From positions 10,827,003 to 10,891,002 of the forward strand of contig MU053934.1 in assembly GCA_013239625.1 (NCBI GenBank): 64,000 nt of DNA. Direction: 5' to 3'. Below, in pieces: positions 47,819 through 58,520 of this stretch; position 1 is the stretch's first letter; each line of letters begins with the position of its first letter. The DNA is from Lama guanicoe. Taxonomy: Eukaryota. A program made the position numbers and the translations under genes. The notes under the pieces were generated by a model, which saw only the letters and a program-made list of their open reading frames with translations, ran no database searches and had not been told where the DNA came from.

Positions 47819-50800
47819 ACCGCTTTTCAAGGCTCAGCATCAACACCAGCTTCTGCCTAAAACGTCCTGGGACTGAGAGCTCCCGCCCTAGCGACGTCTG
47901 GACTCACAGACGGTGTCAGCCAGCCTGGACCTTGCTTCTGACACGGTTTTCTACCTGACCTTAGAAGTGTGTGTATGTGTGTACATACGTGTGTGTGTGT
48001 GAGTGTGTGTACACCCAGGGAGCCTGATCCTGGCAGGAGGATAAAGGCCGCTGCCCACAGAGGGTCCCCGGCTGCAGCGGGGGCTGCCCTCTCCTTCGGT
48101 GGACGTGTTAGCAGCTTCTCGGCACAGGAGATAGGCTCACAGTTTGGGAAAGTGGCCAGAAACCAGGATGTACTTACTTTTTTTCTTGCTACGATGAAGC
48201 AAATGTGAGGTCTAACCGTGATGTAATAAGACTGATTGGAGCCCTGGATGAGTCCATCCGGTTCCCAGCCCAACCTGAAGCACGGGTCCTTTCAAATCCA
48301 ATATTGTTTCTTAAAATAAATCCTGCAAATGACTTCCTATCAAGGGAAAGACAGATCTCGGCCATTTAATGATGGCCTGGAGATTAATGTACGAGTGAAA
48401 TTTTCTCTGGCTGAATTGTGAAATTATTTTCAAATTTTGCCCTGGAAAGAAGTATTTCATTTGTCTAACACTTGGAATTTTGTCGTAAACACATGATGGC
48501 TTTGTGAAGGCAGAAAACAAATGACACCAATGATGTCCGTCACTCCAGCAGCACAGGGACACCGGGGCAGGTGAGAGCGCCCTCCGCCCTCCCTCGGCAG
48601 CTGACGGGGGTGGGGCAGGCCCTCTGCGGGCAGGCTGTCCTCTTCCCTGCGTTGAGAAATGAATTGATGAGTGTTTCGGGGACATTTCGGTCGCGTTGGC
48701 AGAGCAGCTGGGTTAACAGTCTGTAGGTGACGTGATGAGGAAGGGGGAGTGGGAGTGATTCCTGGGCCCCCCAGGACCACGGCACTATCCGCGAGGAAGC
48801 TGGGAGGAGGGTCAGGGCTGGGGGAGGAGGGTCGCTGGCCCGGGGCTCACTGAGTTGAGATGTCTGTGTGTGTGGAGCCTTGTTACAGCACGAGGTGAGA
48901 GGCAGAAGCCGCGTGGGGCTGGGGAGAGTCCCGGGGCTTTGAAAAGGTTTCGGAGGTGTCACCCCTGGCTGAGAAGCTCCCCAACGTGGCAAGTCCGGTC
49001 AGGAGCAAGGGAGGCAGGGCCGGAAGCCAGCGACCCACTTCGCTCAGGCGGCAGCCAGGGCAGGACCAGAAACGTCTGTTGAGTCAGGACCTGGAAGCCA
49101 GAGGGAGCCCGCCACCCCTCTGACCTGCCACCCTGTCCAGCTGAAAGGAGACGGACGTAGCTGAGGAGCCGGAGGAGAGCCGCGGCATCACTGGGTAACC
49201 AAGGAGGGAACTCCTCCAGCAGATGGAAGCCCTCACGACTTCTGGAAAAAATAAAGGAGATGGAGCTGGAGTGCCGGGGAAACGCAGAGTGAAGCAGGAC
49301 CCCAAGTGCTGAAGGGGTGTATGAAGGACCGAGGAAAGCCGTCCACTGCCCACAAACCTGCGCTCACGCATGCAGCCCCGTCTTGGCTGGGGAGCCTCTT
49401 CCCTGCCTCCGCTTTATTATGAGCACGTGGGATTTTCATCTTTTGCCCGAAGACTTTGCCACGTCTCTGCCAACAGCAGCCCCAATGGCGGTGGCGTGGT
49501 CTGTCCCAGAGTCACCTGCAGCACGTCTGCGGGGACTGCGGACCCGGGGCTGCCGCCCCTGCCTCTGATTCCTCATCCTTAGATTCCCCCATGGGACAAC
49601 ACGCACACAGAATCAATGAGGAGAAACCCCTCCTTCATAAAAGGATGCAAAATACAGACCGACCCGCTGCCCGCTCTGCTGACGGGCAAGCGCAGGCGCT
49701 CCTGCTGGGGAGGCTCCTCCGGGACAGTGGGGCGTCCCACCGCCCTCATCCCTTAAGGGCCTTACGAATTACAGCAGAGGACCGGAAAAAATCCACGTGT
49801 CTCTGGAATCCCAGAAAATGGAAGCTAAGAGGAACTTTAATGATTATGGAATTTGAAATGTTTAATGTGCTCGGGAGACCACTAAGACACTGTGATACAT
49901 TAAGCTTGAGAAACTAAACTCATCAGCTTGTGTGAAAGCAGATGTCTCCTTATCCCGGCCTGTAGCGGACGGGCGGTCCCGGGCGCAGGGGCTGTGGCAG
50001 ACCCAGGGGTCCGCCCCTGGACCCAGACGATTCTGTCCTGGCCTGTCTCTCCTGCTGTTTGGAGAAATGCCACTCCCTGGAGTCGAAGGCAGGAGCTGCC
50101 GGGGGCGGGGGACGTAAGGGGGACCCCAGGATCCAGACCGAACAGTGTGGTCCCAGCCCAGACCCGCACTGGCCATCTGGAAACTGGCAGGGAGGGGAGG
50201 CGCCCGCACAGGTGCTCCCTGCCGGAGTCAGGACGCGGAAGCCCCTTCCTTCCTCCAGTCCTGCCCCCCGTAAGTCACTGCTATTCTTTCTTACTGAGCC
50301 CTCCCTGCTGAAGGCCCCCGGCTGGGCCCCAAGGGGGGAGCTGGAACAGGCGGCGTGTGCATCCTGGGGGTGCGCCCTCTCGGCTCCCTGAGTGATGAGC
50401 CTGCCCCCCAAGACGACTGCACTGACCTCCTCCCCACGGAGGGACACGAAGCACCTTTGGGTGAAAATGCATCCGTCTCTGAGGCTTACAGGTGCACGTC
50501 CTTTGCTGGGGAGGCTGTGGTGACTTACAAAAGCCCGTGTGCACGCGGGCGCCCGCACACAGGCTCTCCCTCCCTTTCCCTCAGCACCTGCGATTAGCGT
50601 CGGGTTCTTAGCGTGTGGGCTCGCACACCTTGTCAAAACACCACCTCTCAGCTCGCAGGACAGCTGCCCGCAGGCCAGCCGGACGCAGCCTGCCCTGCGC
50701 AGGGCCGGGTCACCTGTGCTTGCCGCCTTCACCCGGACCGGAGGGTCCTCGGCTGCAGCGCCGCCCAGACGCCTCAGGGATAGAGGGAAACGCGCAGGTC

Positions 50801-51369
50801 CTTACAGGAGGCTCGTGTGAGCCGGGCGCCCGGACGGGAAAAGACGGCAACGCAATACAGACACACGTGTGCACACACACACGTAGGTGCCTAGAACTAA
50901 AATAATCTCTCTGATGACAGCGGGCGCAGGAGCCCTGCCCAGCCCCGCCTTGTTCCATGTGACTCTGCGGCTTCTTCCGCCAAGAGGGGGTCGCCGTCCC
51001 ACCCTCTGAGCCCGGGATGGCCAAGGGACGTCCCTGGAAGGTCACAGAAGCGCGGAGGGCCAGCCCCCTTCCAGCCAGAAGAGGCCCCACCAGCCCTGGT
51101 CCCTTCTCCGGAAACCCTGGCTCCACGTGGGCGCAGGCGGGGCGGGCAGGCTGGGGTGAGCCGCGGCCCGCGAGCCCGGCTGAATCTCGCCGAGCCCAGC
51201 TGGTGGCCGCAGACCCCCCCCCCCCCCCCCACCGAGCAGGGGCGAAGCACTGCCGGCCTTGAGATGGCAAGTTACTCAGGGGCCGCTGAGGGAAAAGCCA
51301 GCAGCCTGTCAGCTGGAAATCACGACAAAGGACAACCCGGCGCTTCCGCCCCAGCGACACAGGGAAATG

Positions 51370-51816
51370 AGGGGCGAGGGGGGGCCGCGTCCCACCACGT
51401 GAGGGTTCAAGAGTGAGCCACAGTTGAGTAAAGGAGGGTTTATTCAGACAGGTGACCCTCGTGGACAGAACGCGGCCGTCTCGAGGGGCGAGAGGCGGCA
51501 GCTCACAGCACGGGGCCCTGCAGGGACGTGAGGCTGGCCCGGGGGTGGGGGTAGGTTTTATGGCTAACTCGTGGGAGGTCACTCCAGTTACTTTGGGGGA
51601 GGGCGGGGATCCCAGGCATTGGGCCGCTGCCCACTTTGACCTTCTATGGGCAGCCTTGAAGCTGTGGCGGCGCCTCTGGGAGGGCCGCGTAGCAGCTGAT
51701 ACACTACAGTGGGCGTATACCGAAGGTCAAGGTCTGGTGGGCGCTGAACCTTGCGCCATCTTGGCGCTAATGGCCGTGCCATTCTTCTCGCGGTTGTGCC
51801 CTGCCCTCCTGTCTCA
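51370..51816 (-). mobile_element. MER41-like ERV1 LTR of the artiodactyl type
   Basis: The minus strand starts TGAGACAGGAGGGCAGGGCACAACC; it also contains 'gccatcttgg' and a polyA signal (tttatt at ~51438). The left boundary is approximate. Confidence 0.75.
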
Positions 51817-51974
51817 CCACAGCCCGGGGAGGTCGGGCCCAGGACTGAGCTTTCTGGAAGGATGTGGCGGAGACAGGTGAAGACTTAGAGGGAGCAGATA
51901 AACGGCTGCTGGGTCGAAGCAGCCTGGGGCTGCCCGAGCCGCCAGCAGCCGGCCTCGCTGACAACGGGCAAGTG

Positions 51975-52150
51975 CTGAAACGCACACCGTATTTGCACAA
52001 TCAGCGCCCCATCTTTACAGCCCTGCGAGGTGGGCACCATTATCACCTCTTTTTGCAGGTTCCCAAGGCGGGGACGCAGAGGCGGAAGCGAGCCGCCCAG
52101 GGTCACAGAGCGCGCCCCGCGCGGAGTCAGAGCGCCCCGCCCCGATCTGC
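51975..52150 (-). mobile_element. MIR, strongly GC/CpG-enriched
   Basis: 'acagccctgcgaggtgggcaccattatcacctctttttgcagg...cagaggcggaagcgagccgcccagggtcacagagc' is collinear with the MIR core. Confidence 0.7.
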
Positions 52151-52560
52151 GGGACAGCGCGGAGCCCCCGGACCGGCTCCAGGAGGGCCGACCAGATGGA
52201 CGGCGAGCCTCGTGGGCGGTCCCGGCGCGTGGTTGCGGGAAGGGGAGACGCATGTCTCGGGTCCGGGAGGGGCGCGGGGAGGCCGTGGGCGTCACGCCAG
52301 GCGGCTCGCGCCGTCCCCGCGGCGGGCGGAGGCGGAGTGTGACGAGGCTTTGAGACAGCCGGGCGGGGGCGGGGCGCGGCGTGGTGGGAGGAGCCGTGAG
52401 CCGCGCCGCCGAGCGGGGGCCCTCGTCCGAGCCGGGTCCGCTGCAGCTCTGCCCGAGTCTCCTTGACATTTGGGAATCTCTGCGCCCAGAACACGGTCCC
52501 CTGGAATCCTCGTTGCCACCGAGTGATTTAGAGAGCGCCGGGGTCACCGAGCCTTGCGGA
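52060..52560. promoter_or_regulatory. CpG island with GC boxes
   Basis: Dense CpG; GGGCGG motifs ('gggcgggggcggggcgcggc' at ~52360-52380). Confidence 0.75.
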
Positions 52561-53769
52561 ATTTCTAAAGAAAAAGAGGGCATTTGCAAATGAGGGCACT
52601 ACCCCCATCACCAAAGAGAAGATGGAGGAACAGAGAGGTTAATTAATTTTCTCTGAGGTCTCCCCGGGAGTCAACTGCTTAACTGGATAAGAAAATTTAA
52701 CTCTAATGATTTTACGAGTGATGCGCTCAGCGTCCACCCGCCTGTTCACCACGTCGCCACTCGCGCTCCGCATCCACCAGCCAGTCCTGGGCCCACTCCT
52801 GCCCCCAGTGTCCCCGCTGGGAGCCCTTGGTGACCCTTTGATTGATGAAATGCCCTCACAAACGCCATGTCCTTCGATCCGGGGACCACCCCCTGCCACG
52901 GGCATTTTTACCACGTGCATTTTGCAAACAGCTGGTGTGGACGGAGCTGCTTCTACACACAGGGCTTCTAGTGGCCGCGAGCTGAGGGGGTGCAGCCCTG
53001 GTAACCCGGCATCCTGCGGGGAGAAGGCAGGCTGTGGTGGGATGAGGACCAAGCCGGGTGCCGCTGGCCCTGCTCCAGACGCCTGGGCGGGAGGACGTCT
53101 GTGGCAAGAAGAGGCGTCCTGGTCTGGACAGGTGATGGTGGAGGCGGTGGGGCGGGTGCAGTGGGGAGGCTCCAGAATGGTCGGGAGGCAGCCCAGTGGA
53201 CGTGTGTCCTTCTCAAGGGCTCACAATTGGGGGAGGTCTCTGGGGAGCCACCCATTTCCCTCCCAGAAATGTGCCGCTGAAAACCGCAGCTCCCCCTCCC
53301 CTTGGGCTGGTCAGCTCTGACTCACCTCGGAGGCTCTGCCTCCCGGGGGCTCGCCATCTGAAGGGACCCCCGGAAGCCTGGCTGGAGGCCCTTTGAGGCC
53401 CCCTGGGACTGCGTTCCCATTCCCGCACAAGTCCCTACCTGCAGTGTCACCGCCTATCTGACCCCCGGGGCAGGAGCATCGGCCCCCACGTGCTCCCCGT
53501 GCCACCGCGGTCCCGGGGAACACCGCTCGTCCGGGAGCATCGCTGAGGGGGCGGCGTCGGGATGACTGCGTGAGCCGCTGTGTCCCCAGTCTGCACTGCA
53601 GGATCAGTGCATACTAGGAGCTTAATAAACATTCTCCCGGTGAGTGAATGGACGTCCTAGCTGTGTGACTTGGGCACTTGGTTTTGCTTCTTTAGTTAAA
53701 AAAAGTCACTTCTGCAAAGAATGTGAGCACGGGCTCCAGGCTCCCTTGGCTTCCATGCAGGGCTGATCC

Positions 53770-54154
53770 GGGCCCAGACACAGCGGGGCCCGATTCCTGG
53801 AACCTGTGAGTGTTCCTCGATGCCGTGAAAGAGACTTCGCGCACGTGGCTGAGCTAAGGGCTGAGAGGGGAGGCGGCCTTGGGGCAGCCAGACGCACCCA
53901 GACGCAGCCCGAGGGCCCCTAGCAGAGGGAGGCAGGGAGGCTAGATCACAGAGCAGGAGCAAGCGGACGTGGACTCAGAAGCCACGGAGGATCAGAGACG
54001 GATCTTCCCCTGGAGGCTGCAGGAAGGAGGCAGCCCCGCCTGCGCCCGGTGGCGCGGAGTTCACACTTCAGACCCTCGCCCTGCAGGGGGGCGTGGGGAG
54101 GGGGGGCGCCCAGCTCGTGGGAGTTTGTCACAGAAGCTGCAGGAAAATCTGACA
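53770..54154 (+). mobile_element. MLT1D-like LTR
   Basis: 'ggaacctgtgagtgtt...aaagagacttcgcgcacgtggctgagctaagg...tcttcccctggaggctgcaggaagga...tttgtcacagaagctgcaggaaaatctgaca'. Confidence 0.75.
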
Positions 54155-55387
54155 ACCTCCAACCGTCCTTGACGGCGGAACAGTCTGCTGGACACACAGC
54201 CCTGTGTGACCCCCGCTCCTGGCCCAGGAGCCAGGTGGGTCCCACTCGCCCCAAGGCCAAGCTTGTCCTCCCTGCGCTACTGACCACGTCCCCAGCAGCC
54301 CCCCGGGAGGGCGTCGAGGGGAGAGCCATGCTCTTTCTCGAGGCAGCAGCTGTGACTCACGCCACACCCAGGCTGGAGGGAGGTGGCCCCTGTGCCTCGG
54401 CTGCGTGGCCTTGGCCAGGGGCTCACCTCCTGCCACCATCACTACTGGCAGCAAAAGCCACAGGTCTCTTCAAGAAACAAGTCACAGAGAACAAGTGTCC
54501 CGTCTCCGGAATCACCTCACGACCCTCTCCTCCTTGGCGCCCTTGCACTTTCTGGTCACCAGGCTGTTCTTAACCTGTGTCGCCACGAACACAGGTCGGC
54601 AGAGTCAGACACGTGCCGAAATGCGCCCAGGACTTGATATCTTTGAACTTGTTCTGTGAGAAAACAGACCATTCCTTAGGTGAGCACTGAAGCCATGCCT
54701 TCCATGCCAGGAGAGCACGGGCTTCTCTGGAAAGTCGGCACTCATCCTAACCTCCATCCAGTTGCCTGACTGTGAACAGCAAGCCTGGTTACCCGTCTGC
54801 GGTCTGAGCAGGTCACCCACCTGCCACGCCCACCCACTCCCCAGGGGCCCGGGGGCTGCTGGAAGCGGGTGTCTCCCTCCCAGACGGGGAGCACGGTGCC
54901 AACTTTCACTCAGGACTGTCCCCCAGAATCCGCCGTCAGGACGCCAGGACTCCTCTGCCGGGTCCGCAACCTCTCCATCGCTGCTGCCAAATTGATCTGT
55001 CCACTATTAAAAACGCAGCAGATGGCACATCAAGTCAAAAGCACTTCCAAAACGACACCCATTCCAACTCTGGGAGGCAAGTAAAGTCTGATTAATCCTC
55101 TGGAACAGGAGCCTCCACCTCCAGCTCAGGGAACGTGTGGTTCTCTCTGTCCACCTTTGACCATTTTCTGGAGTAGCAGGGAAGTGCCTGCTCAAGACAC
55201 GGCAGCGTCTGGCCAAGGGGGTGGGACGCAGGTACCCTTGGCTGGCGGCTCCCTCCGGGACGCCCACTGAGGCCCAGCTCCCTTCTCCTCTCTCCCTGGT
55301 GTTTGTTTACCACCCTCAGTGCCATGGCGACACTCAGCTCCTCTGTTTCCTGCTAGGAGGCCGGGCAGACCCGCCTGCTCTGTAGTC

Positions 55388-55812
55388 TGTATGAGTGTCT
55401 GGCAGCCGCTCTGACAAATGGCCACAAGCTGGGGGCCTAAAACAACAGAAATCCACTCTCGCCCAGCCCTGGAGGGGAACAGTCCAAAATCAAGGTGTCC
55501 CCGGGTCCATGTTCCCTCTGAAGCCTCCTGGGGAGGACCCTTCCTGCCTCCTCCAGGTCCTGCTGGCTCCTCGGCCTGCAGCCATGCCCCTCCAACCTCT
55601 GTTCCGTGTTCACAGGGCCTTCCCCCGTGTCCCTAATCTCCACCCCCCTCTCTGGTGACACTTATCATTGAGCTTAGGACCCACTCGAATCCAGGACTCA
55701 CCTTGGGGTCCTTAACTGTATCTGCAGACCCTTTATCCAAACAAGGTCACCATCACAGGCTCAGGGTCAGGATGCAGAGAGATATTCTGAGGGGTCACCA
55801 TTCAGCTCGCAG
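55388..55812 (-). mobile_element. MLT1B/C LTR
   Basis: 'ccacaagctgggggcctaaaacaacagaaat...gtccaaaatcaaggtgtc...tatctgcagaccctttatccaaacaaggtcac'. Confidence 0.9.
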
Positions 55813-56039
55813 CCCCGCAGGTGATGCCCTTGCTTTTGCTGGTTTGTAAGGATTCATTTTTTTTTTAGGGCGTGGGGATCACTGTCATGTTACAAAGTGA
55901 GTCTGCTTTGCCTGTAAGAAAAAAAAGCAAGAAGGTTCTCAGAGAGGAGGGGCCGCTGGCTGCCCCACGGGCCTGGGCTTCGTTCTGGTCCCAACACTGG
56001 CGTCACCACACTGCTTAGTCAGCTGTGACAAAGGGCCAG

Positions 56040-56310
56040 CACGGTGTTTGCAGGGCCCGCTCCTCCTGAGGCCTCTCTCCTTGGCGTGTCGACAGCGTCT
56101 TCTCCCGTGTCCGCACGTGGCCGTCCCTCTGTGCGTGTCTGTGTCCCCACCGCCTCTTCCTAGAAGGACCCCAGCCTTACTGGCTGAAGGCCCACCTGTC
56201 CATCCTCGTGTCCCTCTGCCCCCTCTTTGCTGGCCCTGTCTCCAGCACAGCCACAGTGGGGAGGGGCTTTGACACCCACATTTCGTGGGAGACACAGCTC
56301 AGCTCAGAGC
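56040..56310 (-). mobile_element. MLT1A0-like LTR fragment
   Basis: 'cctgaggcctctctccttggcgtgtcgacagcgtcttctccc...tgtgtcccc...tcttcctagaaggaccccag...ggcccacc'. Confidence 0.8.
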
Positions 56311-56724
56311 CCCTCACACTGCCCTGCAGTTTGCAAGCCCCTGCCCTTGGTTCGCCCCACCTAAGGTGTGTCCAGTCCCTGCTGTGTGCCTGCATCTAGG
56401 CCGGGGGTGGAGGGACAGCGAGGGAGAAACTTGGCCTTGCTGGTGGCCCTGGTGGGGCACCCCCCTCCCTCGGCTTGAACCTTGGATGTGAAGCACCCGC
56501 CCTTCCCACAGGAAGGATGTTGAATCTCCAGTGGGGTCAAGGAAGAGGTGGCCAGCCTCTGGTTGACATGTGGCTGTTGGGCCTCGTGATGGGGCAGGGA
56601 CACACACGGTGGTGTCACCACTGTGTGGTGCGGGCCAGGCTCTGATAAGGGGCCCACCTCATGACCTCGCTCAACCTCAATTACTTCTTTGGGTTTTGTG
56701 TGACCATCCCGTCCACCGTGAAGC

Positions 56725-56823
56725 CCCAAATATTGCATGGAACAAAATTACACTAAAAGATGCTCAGTGTTTAACTGAAATTCAGATGTAACTGGTCATC
56801 CTGTATTTTATCTGACGACTCTA
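56725..56823. mobile_element. MER53 (hAT) DNA transposon fragment
   Basis: 'tattgcatggaac...actaaaa...tgtttaactgaaattcagatgtaactggtcatcctgtattttatctgacgactcta' matches the MER53 terminal part. Confidence 0.75.
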
Positions 56824-57807
56824 GCTTAAACCCAACCTTCCGGAGGAGGCGTTAGTGGCCGGAGACTCAGACCTCATGGGGTCCCGTGGCTCACTCAGCC
56901 CACAGACGTTCTGGCCTTGGCACAGAGGACACGGCCCTTTGAACGTCCAGTGCTCAGCTGGTGTCCAGCCTGCTTGAGTCCTGGGCCTGGAGGCAGGTGG
57001 CCTCCCAGTGGCCCCTGGCACCCGTCCCAGCTCCACCGTGAATCGGCTGTCTCTCCCATGTGCTCTGAGAGAACACACATTCGCAGATCTGATGAGAGCT
57101 ACAGCCATTTTGCACAAATCTAGTGAAACAAACCCTAGTCTCTCATTTCAGGAGACAGAAAAGACCCTCAGCTCACACGGCCTCCGACTCCAAGATGAGG
57201 CCAATTGCTCGGTGTGCCCGATGGACGGGCCGTGGGGCGGGCCATTTTAACTGCCTTACCCCTAGAGCCCAGCGTTCCTTGTAGCCATAACTGTGCTATC
57301 ACCTTCAGCCGCTTCCCAGCTCTGAAACAACGAATAATTTTCAAAGAATGGAATTTCCGTTTTAAAGCTATCCAAACTCAACGGAGGGCTTCACATGAGA
57401 AATAAAATCTGCGTGTACCACGCAGAGATACCACACCTGCCGTCCGCAGGCTGCTTCCCGGCGTTGAGTGTCAGGTGCGCGGGAGCCTTGGGCGACCCCA
57501 CGGCACGAGGAGCGGCAGGAGCCCACGTGCTGTGTCTTCCTCTTCCCAGGCTCTGTGCTGATGCTGGTCATTCCAGGCCCACCGCTCAGACGTGAGCCTC
57601 CGCTGGGACACGGGCGGCGGGGCACTGACTGTGCTCCCAGGGACGCTTCCACCCCGTCGGGAGCTTTCACTCAAAATGAACTCAGATGGGTGAATCCAGC
57701 TGTGCCGGGGCCAATCCTGTAACTGGGATGTTTTCAAAATCGAAGTCCGTGTAGACTAGGCTGCTTATTAAAGGTTAAATAATAAAAATAAGCTGATTGG
57801 AAATTTT

Positions 57808-57905
57808 TATGTGTGTGTATACATGTGTGTATGTGTGTATATGGAGGTATGAGAGAATGTATGTGTGTGTGAGTGTATGTGTGTGTGTGTGTGAATGTGT
57901 GTGCA
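57808..57905. repeat. Imperfect (TG)n/(TATG)n tract
   Basis: Directly visible in the sequence; a similar tract lies at 47966-48010. Confidence 0.9.
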
Positions 57906-58019
57906 CTCGTGGGCAATGAAACTGCATCGTAAACAGGGCAATCGTTAGCACCTAGGGAAAAAAAAAGTTTTTTTGGGGGGGGATTGAAAGGTATTATATC
58001 CTGTTCAGAATTACGGGTG

Positions 58020-58520
58020 AGAAGTGGCAATAAAAAGAAGTCGTGGTATATATGCGTAATGGAACACCACTCGGCCACAAAAAGAATAAAAGAATGCCAT
58101 TTGTGGCAACATGGATGGACCTGGAAATCATCATTCTAAGGGAAGTAAGTCAAATAGAGAAAGAAAAATACCATTTGATGTCACTCATACGTGGAATCTA
58201 AAAAGAAAAAAGAAGACACTAATGAACTCGTCTACAAAACAGAGAGACTTACAGACATAGTAAATCAACCTATGGTCACCGGGGCGTCGGGGGGAGGGAA
58301 GGGTAAATTGGGAGCTCGAGATTTGCAGATGGTAACTACTATATGTAAAATAAACAAAAAGAGTTTCTTCTGTAGAGCACAGGGAACTATATTCAACGTC
58401 TGACAATAATCTTTAACGAAAAAGCGTGTGAAAAGGAATACGCGCATGTATTTGCGTGGCCGGGACGTGACGCGGCGCACCTGACACTGACACGCGGTAA
58501 CTGTTCACCTTGGAAAAAAA
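58020..58520 (+). mobile_element. Lineage-specific L1 3' end with a short A tail
   Basis: 'aatgccatttgtggcaacatggatggacctggaaatcatcattctaag...gcacagggaactatattcaa'. Confidence 0.95.
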
